A stretch of 64,000 nt of DNA from Rhodothermales bacterium (GCA_965116435.1 OZ220686.1:1594844-1658843), one strand, 5' to 3'; shown: positions 17,377-27,165, counted from the first letter of the stretch. Translations and numbers: made by a program. Notes: a model not told the origin generated them from the letters alone.

Positions 17377-18411
17377 TTGGCGCCTTCCCCGGAAACTGTG
17401 TCGAACAGTGATCTTGCATATCAGGAACGTATTCTGCAAGGCGTTTCCCGCACCTTTGCCCTCACGATCCCGCAGTTACCGACCGGGCTGCGCGACGTCG
17501 TAGGGAATGCCTACCTCCTGTGCCGCATCACGGACACGATCGAAGACGATCCGGCCCTCTCCGCCGAACAAAAACGAGCGTTCGCAGAACGTTTCGCCGA
17601 CATCGTCGCAGGACGAGAAGACGCCGAACCGTTTGCGCGCGAACTCGGCCCCCTGCTGTCGTCTTTTACCTCCCCGGACGAACGCGACCTGATCGCCCAC
17701 GCCGACCGCGTTATCCGCCTTACCAGCGGATTCAACGCCGCCCAGCGAGGCGCCCTCGAACGTTGCGTCCGCATTATGGCGCACGGCATGGCGGAATTTC
17801 AACAGAGCGCCACGCCGAACGGCCTGAACGACATCCCGCACCTGGATCGCTATTGCTACTACGTAGCGGGCGTCGTAGGCGAAATGCTCACCGAGCTGTT
17901 CTGCGACTATTCCAGCGAGATCAACGAACATCGCGAGGAATTGCTGGCGCTGGCCGTTTCCTTCGGACAAGGCTTGCAAATGACCAACATCCTCAAGGAC
18001 ATATGGGACGACCGGGAGCGCGGCGCATGCTGGCTTCCGCGGGACGTCTTTCTCGCCGCCGGTTTCGACCTGCACGCCCTGTCTCTGGACCAGACCCATC
18101 CCGGGTTCGCCGAGGGATTATCCGAACTGGTCGGCGTCGCCCGCCAACACCTCGAAAACGCGCTCCGGTACACCCTGATCATACCTGCCCGCGAAACGGG
18201 CATTCGGCGACACTGCCTGTGGGCGCTGGGCATGGCCGTACTAACCCTCCGACGCATTCACGCAACGCCTGCGTTCCGCAGCGGACAGGAGGTGAAAATT
18301 TCCCGGCGCAGCGTGTGGACGGTGGTTATCGTCACCAGCATCCTGGCGCGCTCGAACCGGGCGCTGACGTTCCTTTTCAGGGCCATGGCGAAACGGTTGC
18401 CTTCCTCGTGA
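17377..18411 (+). CDS. Squalene synthase (farnesyl-diphosphate farnesyltransferase), SQS_PSY family
   Basis: [12 protein letters not shown], Asp-rich [18 protein letters not shown], second Asp-rich NILKDIWDD. The DTxED form is SQS-like rather than CrtB-like. TTG start in the track. Confidence 0.78.
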   Translation: MAPSPETVSNSDLAYQERILQGVSRTFALTIPQLPTGLRDVVGNAYLLCRITDTIEDDPALSAEQKRAFAERFADIVAGREDAEPFARELGPLLSSFTSPDERDLIAHADRVIRLTSGFNAAQRGALERCVRIMAHGMAEFQQSATPNGLNDIPHLDRYCYYVAGVVGEMLTELFCDYSSEINEHREELLALAVSFGQGLQMTNILKDIWDDRERGACWLPRDVFLAAGFDLHALSLDQTHPGFAEGLSELVGVARQHLENALRYTLIIPARETGIRRHCLWALGMAVLTLRRIHATPAFRSGQEVKISRRSVWTVVIVTSILARSNRALTFLFRAMAKRLPSS

Positions 18412-18603
18412 ACCTTCCCGTCGAAAAAACCGGTTTCATATTCTTTGCGTCTTCAGGAAACACTCAATAAAATGATTCAGTTTAATTCGTTTTTATTGTG
18501 CGCAATCTGCTTACGTAAGACCCAAATTCTTCCGGCCTCCCGAACCAACAACATACAAAAACCCCTCTGTGCCAATAAAGAACGCGAAGGTACGTAATCC
18601 CCC

Positions 18604-19806
18604 GTGATCGCAGAACCGGAATATATCCCCTCGTGTTATCTGCCCGGCTACGCCAAGGCCCGGGCATTGAACGCTGAACGGGCAGCCAATCATGTGGCCC
18701 ACTCGCTTATCGGAGACCCCGAAGCCGATGAGGTGATTGAACACATGGAGGCGATGCAGCCTGGCGAGGCGGCGCGATTATACAAGCTGGGAATAAACGC
18801 AGCTGATCCCGCGGAACGGGATCAGCTCTTGCGCGACGCCCCGCCCGCATTGCGGGATTTCCTGAACAAGCTGGATACGCCGCCCGACTGGGTCGATCTG
18901 TCGGCCTGTGGTCCGGGCGTACGCATGTTTCACAGGAATTCGCATCTGGTGCTCGGCGCCTTTGTCGGGGGCACCCTCATAGAGGGATTCGCGACGAACA
19001 TCAGCAAGTCTTTTTTCATAACCGGGCGAGTTCGGGAATACGGCGTCAGGCGTTTACGACAGAATAACCGCCACATGTTGGAAATATTCATGCCGGGCGG
19101 CCTGGGACGAGGCGGCGACGGCTGGAAATTGTCCATGCGCATCCGACTGATCCACGCACAAATAAGACACCTCCTGAACAACGCGGAAGACTGGGATACG
19201 GAAGCATGGGGCGTACCTATTAGCGCGGCGCATATGGGCTTCTCCATCGCAGCGTTTTCCGCAAGGTTGCTTAAGCATCTGAAAAGCCTGGGCGCTGGAT
19301 ACAGCCACGAAGAACGCGAGAGTTTTATGCAAATCTGGCGCTATTCGGGATTTTTAATGGGCGTTCCCGAAACGATTTTGTACCACGACGAGGAAGAGGC
19401 GTTAGAGATATTTCGCATAGGCCGCATGTGCGAACCTTCGAGCGAACTGGAAGCCGTCGCCATGGCGAATGCATTGATCAACTCGGCCCCGCTGGTGATA
19501 GGCGTTACGGAATCGAGCGCCCGATTCGCCTTGGCCCAGTATGTATACCGGGTGTCCCGGGCGCTCATTGGAAACGACCTGGCCGATGCGCTGAAATACC
19601 CTGCGGGCCGGACCTTCGGCGTACTGCCGTTGTTCCGGCTTCAGTCTCGTTACGCCAGCATCATCGAACGCTTGTTCCCGAACCGCAAAAAAGGAGGAGG
19701 CTTCTCCCGATTCACGGCCCTGCTTGAAGCCTCTGCATTCGATATCGCGGGCATAAACTTCAGAATGCCGGAGAAATTGTATGCGGAACAAGACATCAAT
19801 TATTAG
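18604..19806 (+). CDS. MpaB/Lcp-family oxygenase (DUF2236), paralog 1
   Basis: WKLSMRIRLIHAQIRHLL motif and overall collinearity with the next two ORFs. GTG start. Confidence 0.7.
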   Translation: MIAEPEYIPSCYLPGYAKARALNAERAANHVAHSLIGDPEADEVIEHMEAMQPGEAARLYKLGINAADPAERDQLLRDAPPALRDFLNKLDTPPDWVDLSACGPGVRMFHRNSHLVLGAFVGGTLIEGFATNISKSFFITGRVREYGVRRLRQNNRHMLEIFMPGGLGRGGDGWKLSMRIRLIHAQIRHLLNNAEDWDTEAWGVPISAAHMGFSIAAFSARLLKHLKSLGAGYSHEERESFMQIWRYSGFLMGVPETILYHDEEEALEIFRIGRMCEPSSELEAVAMANALINSAPLVIGVTESSARFALAQYVYRVSRALIGNDLADALKYPAGRTFGVLPLFRLQSRYASIIERLFPNRKKGGGFSRFTALLEASAFDIAGINFRMPEKLYAEQDINY

Positions 19807-19883
19807 CATGCAATAGAGGGTCCGGGTTTGGCCATCCAGGAAAGATCCGTCCGATTTACTTGATCAACACGCAGGATAAAGCC

Positions 19884-21053
19884 ATGCGCATGCCCTCCGC
19901 ATATCAAGACGGTTACGAGAAGGCGCGTGCCCTATACCCAGAGCTGGCGGACGCCTATATTGAGAATACCCTTGTGGGCGATCCTGTGGCGGACGCCGCC
20001 ATGGAGTCGCTGGCGGAATGTAGCCAGGAAGACAGGCATCGCTTTATCAAGGCAGGCATGGAGCGCGACGAGGAAGGCCTGCGAGCCGCTCCGAACGCAC
20101 TGCAGGAGTTTTTCGCCGTCCTTGACCGGCCGCCGCCGTTCGAGTTCGACCCGGAACTGGCGGCCATTGGCTCTCGTGCTTTCTACAAATATTCGGATAT
20201 GTTCTTCGTCGGGTTGGTGCTGGATTCGCTCATCACTGGCCTCAGCGAAGGATTAGCAAAAGCGTTCTATATTACAGGGCGAACGGCGGGAAATAGCCGT
20301 AGAGTCAAGCAGAATACCAGGCATGTGGTGGAGATTACCTTGCCGGGCGGCATGGAACGAATGGGCGATGGCTGGAAACTAACCGTTCGCATTCGCCTCA
20401 TCCATGCGCAGGTGCGGCTGCTATTGCTCAATTCGGACGAATGGGACGTACCCACGGAAGGGGTGCCGCTCAATATGGCGCATATGGCATTGGCGGGCAC
20501 AGGATTTTCCGCGATCAACCTGCGGTCGGCGAGGAAGTTGGGCGTACGGTTGACAAAGGACGAAAGCGCCGGCTTCATGCACATTTGGCATTATGTCAAC
20601 TGGTTGCTGGGCGTACCGGAAAGTCTGCTGTACCGCACCGAAGACGAGGCCTTGCGCATCCGGAAAATCGCCCGCGCCTGCGAGATTCCCCCCGGCGAAA
20701 AGGCCATTGCCGTAGCGCACGGCTACATCAACACCGTCCCTGAACTGCTCGACGTCCAGGAGCCCGCCAAGCAGCAAAAACTCCTCAACGGCCTGTTTCG
20801 GGTCTCGCGGGCATTGATTGGAAACGAACTGGCCGACGCCCTCGATTTCCCCAGGCAAGCGACGTTCGGGATTCTGGCGCTGACGCGGCTGCAACGGCAG
20901 TTCCAGATCCTCCGTTCAAAAATCGTTCCGGGGGCTATGCCGCATGCCGTGGAGAATTTTTCGGGGCTGATACATCGGTCCGTGTACGACAAAAGCGGAA
21001 TCAGTTACCGCATGCCCGACGCCGTGAAAGGGGACGAGTCGAGTTGGTGGTAG
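19884..21053 (+). CDS. MpaB/Lcp-family oxygenase (DUF2236), paralog 2
   Basis: WKLTVRIRLIHAQVRLLL. N-terminus MRMPSAYQDGYEKARAL aligns with the paralog 1 and 3 N-termini, so the ATG at 19884 is preferred over the TTG at 19860. Confidence 0.7.
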   Translation: MRMPSAYQDGYEKARALYPELADAYIENTLVGDPVADAAMESLAECSQEDRHRFIKAGMERDEEGLRAAPNALQEFFAVLDRPPPFEFDPELAAIGSRAFYKYSDMFFVGLVLDSLITGLSEGLAKAFYITGRTAGNSRRVKQNTRHVVEITLPGGMERMGDGWKLTVRIRLIHAQVRLLLLNSDEWDVPTEGVPLNMAHMALAGTGFSAINLRSARKLGVRLTKDESAGFMHIWHYVNWLLGVPESLLYRTEDEALRIRKIARACEIPPGEKAIAVAHGYINTVPELLDVQEPAKQQKLLNGLFRVSRALIGNELADALDFPRQATFGILALTRLQRQFQILRSKIVPGAMPHAVENFSGLIHRSVYDKSGISYRMPDAVKGDESSWW

Positions 21054-21108
21054 TGCTTCGTGCTTCGCGGGCAAGCCCATGAAACTACGCGCGGCGCGGA
21101 TGAACGCG

Positions 21109-21143
21109 CACCGCACCGGCGGATACGTAACCAATGGGGCCTG
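21109..21143 (+). repeat. 35-bp direct repeat, copy 1 (caccgcaccggcggatacgtaaccaatggggcctg)
   Basis: 33/35 identical to 22547-22581. Contains the quasi-palindrome GGATACGTAACC. Lies 56 nt after the paralog 2 stop. Confidence 0.8.
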
Positions 21144-21263
21144 ACGAGTGCGCTACGCAGAGCAAGGAGCGTCGACAAACGACGGAACAAAGCAGGAAAC
21201 AGGCTGGTCTACAAGTCGTTCAGAGGTTTTCCAGGCACGATTGGACAGATTTTTAAATACGCC

Positions 21264-22444
21264 ATGATGCAGGTACCTTCAGCGTATGTCAAGGGATATG
21301 CGAAAGCCAAGGCTGTTGACCCGGTAACGGCCGACAAGTACATCAAGCATACCACCATAGGCGACCCTGAGTTGGATCCCGTGATGGAGGAGATTTCATC
21401 GTTGCCCCCTGGCGATCTGCATCGATTCACCAAGGCAGGCATAGAACAGGAGGAGGAAGTTCTGCGTACTGCGCCGCAAGTCTTGCGCGATTTCTTTGAC
21501 AAGACTGACCGTGATACTCCTCCGTGGCTGGACTACAACGAGTTTGAACCAGGGCAGCGCGCCTTCTACGCAAACTTGAACAACATGCTCATTGCATACG
21601 CTATCGGAAGCGCCGTAGAAGGCTTTTCGACGCTTGTCAGCAAGTCTTTCTCGATTACCGGACGCGTAACCGGTGGGGGAGCAGGCGCCGAAAGACGTCT
21701 CAGGCAGAATAACCGACACATGGTTGAAGTATATTATCCTGGTGGAATGCAACGGGATGGTGACGGATGGAAAGTATCCATGCGCATTCGTTTCATACAT
21801 GCCCGGGTAAGGAAACTGCTGGCGGACTCAAGCCTTTGGGAGTACGAGGCTTGGGGAGTACCGCTGAGCGCAGCGCATACAGGAGGCATCTCCTTGTTCA
21901 CTTTTTCCATACGCCAGTTCGAACACGCATGCGCGATGGGTTCGAAAGTAAGCACGGAACAAAAAGAAAGCATTATTAAAATTTGGCGTTATGCCGGCTA
22001 TCTGTTGGGAGTGCCTGAATCCATACTCTTTGCCAATGAAGAAGAAGCGAGAAAAATTTACAAAATCGGCCATATGTGCGAACCACCGCCGGATTCCGAT
22101 GCGAAAAACTTGGCGAATATGGTATTCAAGGTCTTACCGACCATGGCGGGTCTGACGGACGAGGCTAAAAGAAAAGTTTGGAAATGTATGCCTACCGCCT
22201 TTCGCGAGCCCTTATAGGCAACAAACTTGCGGACCAGTTTCAGTACCCGAGAACTTTCAGAATAAGACCGCTGGTGCTGGCTTATTACCGGATAAAAAAT
22301 CATTTGCCTAATCTCATGAAGAATATCGGCAGCCAGCAAGAGGATGCGTTTTCTCAGATTTTCGATGCCACGCAGTATGACAAGGGCGGGATAAGCTACA
22401 AGATGCCCGACCATGTGCGTGCGTCGAAGTCCAACCTATGGTAA
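21264..22444 (+). pseudogene. MpaB/Lcp-family oxygenase paralog 3, interrupted by a -1 frameshift in an A-rich run (~22167-22175)
   Basis: 21264-22217 (..WKVSMRIRFIHARVRKLL..) ends prematurely. The frame opening at 22178 continues ..YRLSRALIGNKLAD..GISYKMPD.., collinear with the paralog 2 C-terminus (..FRVSRALIGNELAD..GISYRMPD..). Confidence 0.7.
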
Positions 22445-22546
22445 GATGTTGAAAAAGCTGTACTTAGGCTAAGCAAGAGCACCGAGAGCATCCGCGTAAG
22501 ACGGGGTGTCCAGAAAACTGTGTACGTTTATTTTTAGCGACGTTTT

Positions 22547-22581
22547 CACCGCACCGGCGCATACGTAACCAATGGGCCCTG
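22547..22581 (+). repeat. 35-bp direct repeat, copy 2 (caccgcaccggcgcatacgtaaccaatgggccctg)
   Basis: See copy 1. Lies 103 nt after the paralog 3 stop. Confidence 0.8.
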
Positions 22582-22629
22582 TTTTCCGTACAATGGGTAC
22601 CCCCTTATTGCGCTTTTTCGCCCGCATTG

Positions 22630-24153
22630 CTATCCCCCGAAAAAGGGTTCCCAGCGGGCGCGGTCGGGAGGAGGCGTGGCGAGACTCACGCCCACGAGCG
22701 CCAGCACGGACAAAATAACGGCAGGGTAGGTTACTTCCTGCAAAAACGGGTGCATATCGGCGAACCAGGGCTGCCCGGACATCCAGAATGTCCATACAAG
22801 CGTGACGACGGTTCCGGTCAGAATGGACGCGATGGCGCCCGCCGCCGTAGCCCGCTTCCACAGAAACGCCGCAAGCAAGGCAGGCGTAATGGACGTGCCG
22901 TACACCAGATAGGCCGTATACGCCGCCGTCAGGATGGTCGGAAACTGATCCACGAGCATCCAGGCGACAATCCCCAGCAGGAGCACCCATCCCCGGCTCA
23001 TCAGCACGATGGCGCGGGAACCCATATCCGGCGCGATAAAGCGTTGCACCACATCCCGCGTCAGGTTCGTCGCGGGCACCAGCAGAAACGAGTCGGCGGT
23101 GGACACGATGATCGCCATCATGGTGGCCACCAGCATCATGCCCAGCACGAGCGGCATGGCGTCGGAAACGGCAAGGGCGGGGATAATGTACTCGGAGCGG
23201 TTGGCCGCCACATCCGCGGCGCCCCCGGCGAACAGTTCGGGAATCAGCCCCTGATTGGCCGCCGCGGCGCCGGTCAGCCCCACGAAATACACGGCGGATT
23301 CCAGCGCCACCACGCCGATCACCCAGAAAAACACCGCCTTCTGCGCGGCATGGCCATCCTTTGCGCTGAATATGCGCTGATACATGTTGGCGTCGCCCAT
23401 CAGGAGCAGCATGGTGGGAATCAGAAAGGAGATGGCCACGATCGGCCCGGACGTGGCCCCGCTGCGCTCGTTCGCCCAGTTCCCGAACAATTCCCATTTC
23501 CCCGCCGCTTCTGCGTACAAAATAATCTCGTCCATCCCGCCCACCGCATGCACCATGAAGAATACGGTGGCGAACACGCCCAGCACCATGAGCACGCCAT
23601 TCACGACATCCGTGTACACGACCGACAGCATCCCGGCCAGCGCCGTATAGGCAATGGCGAAAACCGCCGTGATCACAATACCCGCCTGCACGGAAATGGC
23701 GCCGTCCGTAATATAGGACAGTACGTTGCCGCCCCCCCGAAACTGGTACGAAACGATGGTGAGGTAGGCAATGACGGTGGCGATGGTCGCCAGTACGCTG
23801 GCGATGCGCCCGTACCGCGCCTCGAAAATGTCGGGCACGGTTACCTTCCCGAAATGCCGAATGCGCCGCGCAATAAAATAAATGAGCACGATGCCGGCCC
23901 AGGCGCCCGCGCTGGACCACAGCCCCGCCATGCCGTTGCGATACCCCAGTCCGGCGCTGCCGAACAGGGAGCCGCTGCCCATCCAGGTAGCAAGCAACGT
24001 GCCCACCAGCACCCACCAGTGCAGCGTACGGCCCGCCACCATGAAATCTTCGCCCGTCTTTACGACCCGGCTCTTGTAGTATCCGACCCCGACCAGGGCG
24101 AGCAAATAGCCGATTATGGCGAGGATGTAGGGGTTTTCAAAAAGCGCCAGCAT
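22630..24153 (-). CDS. Sodium:solute symporter (SSF/SLC5 family)
   Basis: N-terminus ...GYLLALVGVGYYKSRVVKTGEDFMVAGRTLHWWVLVGTLLATWMGSGSLFG is typical of SSF. About 13 TM segments. Confidence 0.88.
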   Translation of the reverse strand: MLALFENPYILAIIGYLLALVGVGYYKSRVVKTGEDFMVAGRTLHWWVLVGTLLATWMGSGSLFGSAGLGYRNGMAGLWSSAGAWAGIVLIYFIARRIRHFGKVTVPDIFEARYGRIASVLATIATVIAYLTIVSYQFRGGGNVLSYITDGAISVQAGIVITAVFAIAYTALAGMLSVVYTDVVNGVLMVLGVFATVFFMVHAVGGMDEIILYAEAAGKWELFGNWANERSGATSGPIVAISFLIPTMLLLMGDANMYQRIFSAKDGHAAQKAVFFWVIGVVALESAVYFVGLTGAAAANQGLIPELFAGGAADVAANRSEYIIPALAVSDAMPLVLGMMLVATMMAIIVSTADSFLLVPATNLTRDVVQRFIAPDMGSRAIVLMSRGWVLLLGIVAWMLVDQFPTILTAAYTAYLVYGTSITPALLAAFLWKRATAAGAIASILTGTVVTLVWTFWMSGQPWFADMHPFLQEVTYPAVILSVLALVGVSLATPPPDRARWEPFFGG

Positions 24154-24365
24154 AAGGGTTTTCGGAAAATGCCGTAAAAATCCGGGGAATAGCGCCCGGA
24201 CGCCAAGGCGAACCTCGTTTCTATCGTCTTCATGCGTAATTTACGTGCGATATTGCTTTCGCGCCGTGCAAGCTGCGAACGCATGCGCCGCCTGCTTCGT
24301 CAAAGGGCGTCGTCATACCGAACCGACCATCTTCCATCCATCCCGTAACCACCCGACATTTCCCC

Positions 24366-26225
24366 ATGCCGGCCACCAACAAAGACCTGCACCCTACGCG
24401 CACGCACACCTGCGGCGAACTTCGTTCCGACCATGTCGGAAAGGACGTCGTGCTCAAAGGATGGGTAGATACCCGGCGCGATCTCGGCGGCGTGATCTTC
24501 CTGGACCTGAGGGATCGGTACGGACTGACCCAGGTCGTGTGTTCCCCCCAGGACGAAAAAGAGGCGTACGAACGCGCCGATCTGGTGCGGAACGAATATG
24601 TGGTGTCCATACGGGGCGTGGTGGGCGAACGAACGCAGGAAACCGTCAACCCGAAGCTTCCTACCGGAGCGATAGAGGTGCGGGTACAGGACCTGATCGT
24701 GCTCAACAGCGCGGAACCGGTGCCCTTCGCCGTATCGGCGCACGAAGAAAAACGGAGCGCAGCGAACGAAGACCTGCGCCTGCGCTACCGGTATCTGGAC
24801 CTGCGCCGCACAGCGCTTCAGGACATGCTGACGCTCCGCCACAAAACCTGCCAGGCGGTGCGGCGATACTTCGACCGGCATGGTTTCCTGGAAGTGGAAA
24901 CGCCCGTGCTTATGAAATCGACGCCGGAGGGCGCACGGGATTATCTGGTGCCGAGCCGCGTGCATCCGGGACATTTTTATGCGCTCCCGCAATCGCCCCA
25001 GACCTACAAGCAGCTGCTGATGGTCTCGGGGCTGGATCGGTATTTCCAGATCGTCAAGTGCTTTCGGGACGAAGACCTGCGGGCGGACCGGCAGCCCGAA
25101 TTCACGCAGATCGACGTGGAAATGAGTTTCCCGGACGAGGAGCAAATCTATGCGACCTTCGAGGGACTCATGCAGGCCGTATGGAAAGACGTGAAGGGCG
25201 TCGAACTGCCCGCGCCGTTCCCCCGACTGACCTGGCGCGAGGCGATCGAGCGATTCGGATCGGACAAACCCGATCTGCGCTTCGGCATGGAAATACAGGA
25301 TGTGAGCAAGGCGTTCGAAGGATCCGGGTTCCGGGTGTTCGACCGCATCCTCGAAAATAACGGGCGCATCGTGGCGATCGTGGCCAAGGGGCAGGGGGAC
25401 TGGGCGCGCAGCCAGATGGACCGCCTCGACAAAGACATCGTGCGGCGAAAAATTGGCGTGGGCGGGCTGATCTACTTCAAGCTGCCGTCGGACGGCTCGG
25501 AGCGGTATTCTTCGGTCAAGGAACATGTGATCGCCCGGGAATACGTGGACGCCTGCATCCAGGCTGTGGGCGCCGAAGACGGAGACCTTGTGCTGGCGCT
25601 CGCGGGCCCGGACCCGGACATTTTCATGCACATGGGCAAGTTGCGCATGCATATGGCGCACGAAACCGGCCTCGTTCCGCCGCACGGCGAGGCGTGGCGG
25701 TTCGCATGGATCACGGAATTTCCGCTCCTCGAACGGGATGCGGACGCCAAACGATTCACGGCCATGCACCACCCGTTCACGGCGCCCCATCCCGACGATG
25801 CGGCGGCGCTGGACAGCAACCCGGGGGCGGTGCGGGCGCGGGCGTACGACCTGGCGCTCAACGGCGTGGAGCTGGGCGGCGGGTCGATCCGGATTCATTC
25901 GAGAGACATGCAGCGCCGGATGTTTCGCTTGCTGGGCATCGACGAGGAAGAAGCCGAGCGGCGGTTCGGTTTCCTGCTGGATGCGTTCCGCTACGGGGCG
26001 CCGCCCCATGGCGGCATCGCCTTCGGCCTGGACCGGATTGTCATGGCGCTGGCGGGCACGCAGAACATCCGGGACGTCATTGCCTTCCCGAAAACGCAGA
26101 GTGCGCAGGAATTGATGGTCCGGTCGCCGGATACGGTCGATGCGAAGCAACTGGACGCGCTGCACATCGGGATCGTCCCGGACGAAACGCCCGAACAGGC
26201 GGCGCGCGGCCCGGCGAAAACCTGA
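24366..26225 (+). CDS. aspS: Aspartate--tRNA ligase
   Basis: RTHTCGELR...GWV OB-fold start, FYALPQSPQ, class II motifs (FRDEDLRADRQPEFTQID, GGGSIRIH, PPHGGIAFGLDR). Confidence 0.95.
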   Translation: MPATNKDLHPTRTHTCGELRSDHVGKDVVLKGWVDTRRDLGGVIFLDLRDRYGLTQVVCSPQDEKEAYERADLVRNEYVVSIRGVVGERTQETVNPKLPTGAIEVRVQDLIVLNSAEPVPFAVSAHEEKRSAANEDLRLRYRYLDLRRTALQDMLTLRHKTCQAVRRYFDRHGFLEVETPVLMKSTPEGARDYLVPSRVHPGHFYALPQSPQTYKQLLMVSGLDRYFQIVKCFRDEDLRADRQPEFTQIDVEMSFPDEEQIYATFEGLMQAVWKDVKGVELPAPFPRLTWREAIERFGSDKPDLRFGMEIQDVSKAFEGSGFRVFDRILENNGRIVAIVAKGQGDWARSQMDRLDKDIVRRKIGVGGLIYFKLPSDGSERYSSVKEHVIAREYVDACIQAVGAEDGDLVLALAGPDPDIFMHMGKLRMHMAHETGLVPPHGEAWRFAWITEFPLLERDADAKRFTAMHHPFTAPHPDDAAALDSNPGAVRARAYDLALNGVELGGGSIRIHSRDMQRRMFRLLGIDEEEAERRFGFLLDAFRYGAPPHGGIAFGLDRIVMALAGTQNIRDVIAFPKTQSAQELMVRSPDTVDAKQLDALHIGIVPDETPEQAARGPAKT

Positions 26226-26300
26226 GGATGCACGGATCGCATCCTTTGATCGGCGCTTCCTGAATCCCCTTGCCCTCCGACGGCCACATAGCCCGCGCTC

Positions 26301-26726
26301 ATGGAAACAACGGATCGGCTTGCGGAACTTGCCCGCCGCAACATAGACTGGGCGCACTGGGAAACGTTGATCCGCCGCCGCGGGGTCACCATAGACCGTC
26401 CGCACGGGACGAGGCACCCGGCGCACCCCTCCATTATCTATCCGATGGACTATGGATATGTGAATGGAACCCGCGGCACGGACGGAGAGGGCCTCGACGT
26501 GTTCCGGGGCACGGCCCGCACGGGACTCGCGGGCGCGATCGTCAGCACGGACCGGCGCAAGGGAGACCGGGAATTCAACTTGCTGTACGACTGTTCGCCC
26601 GAAGAAATTTATCTGGCCCACGGATTCATTAACTTTGACCCCCGCCGGATGGAAGGCGTGCTCGTCCTGCGCAAACCGATGGCCGACCTCTGGAAAGAAA
26701 TGGATGCATCTTTTTCCGGCGAATAG
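26301..26726 (+). CDS. Small inorganic-pyrophosphatase-like protein (141 aa)
   Basis: IIYPMDYGYVNGTRGTDGEGLDVF resembles the family I PPase core Y-P-x-x-Y-G-[FY]-[IV]-P-x-T...D-G-D-P-[LI]-D-V. Much shorter than a canonical PPase. Confidence 0.4.
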   Translation: METTDRLAELARRNIDWAHWETLIRRRGVTIDRPHGTRHPAHPSIIYPMDYGYVNGTRGTDGEGLDVFRGTARTGLAGAIVSTDRRKGDREFNLLYDCSPEEIYLAHGFINFDPRRMEGVLVLRKPMADLWKEMDASFSGE

Positions 26727-26835
26727 CGTATATCGGGCGCTTGATACATGGCGGAATGGTATATTTCAATGGTATATTTCGAGATGGCCTGACCGGAGTA
26801 TGGATCGCAGTATGCCGATGGCCGCCGCACGGTAC

Positions 26836-26908
26836 GGTCCCGTAGCTCAGTTGGTAGAGCAACTGACTTTTAATCAGTGGGTCGCAGGTTCGATTCCTGC
26901 CGGGATCA
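26836..26908 (+). tRNA. tRNA-Lys (anticodon TTT)
   Basis: Manual cloverleaf: acceptor GGTCCCG/CGGGATC (one G-U), D-arm GCTC-AGTTGGTA-GAGC, anticodon arm ACTGA-CTTTTAA-TCAGT, T-arm GCAGG-TTCGATT-CCTGC. No encoded CCA. Confidence 0.9.
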
Positions 26909-26985
26909 CGCATACACAGATACACAACAGAATACGCATAACACAACGTACGCATAAGAGTACGCATAACACGCGTACGCAACGG
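26909..26985 (+). repeat. Imperfect short-motif repeat (tacgcataa x3 plus tacgcaa, and acacaPu runs) in the tRNA-tRNA spacer
   Basis: ...atacgcataacacaacgtacgcataagagtacgcataacacgcgtacgcaac... A GC-rich long-range stem follows (ggaagcgccc ... gggcgcgcttcc, ~26985-27052). Confidence 0.6.
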
Positions 26986-27064
26986 GAAGCGCCCACTGGA
27001 GAACGCGCCGAGCGATCCGCGACCGGAATCCGGCGTTCGCCGGGCGCGCTTCCATATAGTCCAT

Positions 27065-27148
27065 GCCCGGGTGGCGGAATTGGTAGACGCACTGTCTTGA
27101 GGGGGCAGCGTTCGAAAGGACGTGCTGGTTCGAATCCAGTCCCGGGCA
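27065..27148 (+). tRNA. tRNA-Leu (anticodon GAG), long variable arm
   Basis: Acceptor GCCCGGG/CCCGGGC. Anticodon arm CTGTC-TTGAGGG-GGCAG. Variable arm ~GCGTTCGAAAGGACGT. T-arm GCTGG-TTCGAAT-CCAGT. Confidence 0.9.
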
Positions 27149-27165
27149 CATTACATACTCCCTCC

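Noticed and set aside
22160-22180. Programmed -1 ribosomal frameshift in MpaB-like paralog 3
   Set aside because: Only a short A-AAA-G run is present and I see no obvious downstream stimulatory structure. A simple indel (pseudogene) or a homopolymer sequencing error is more parsimonious. Kept as a pseudogene call.
26464-27165. Upstream part of the 373-aa ORF 26464-27585
   Set aside because: It reads straight through two manually folded tRNA genes and the 3' end of the preceding gene. Only the JAMM domain from ATG 27166 is credible.
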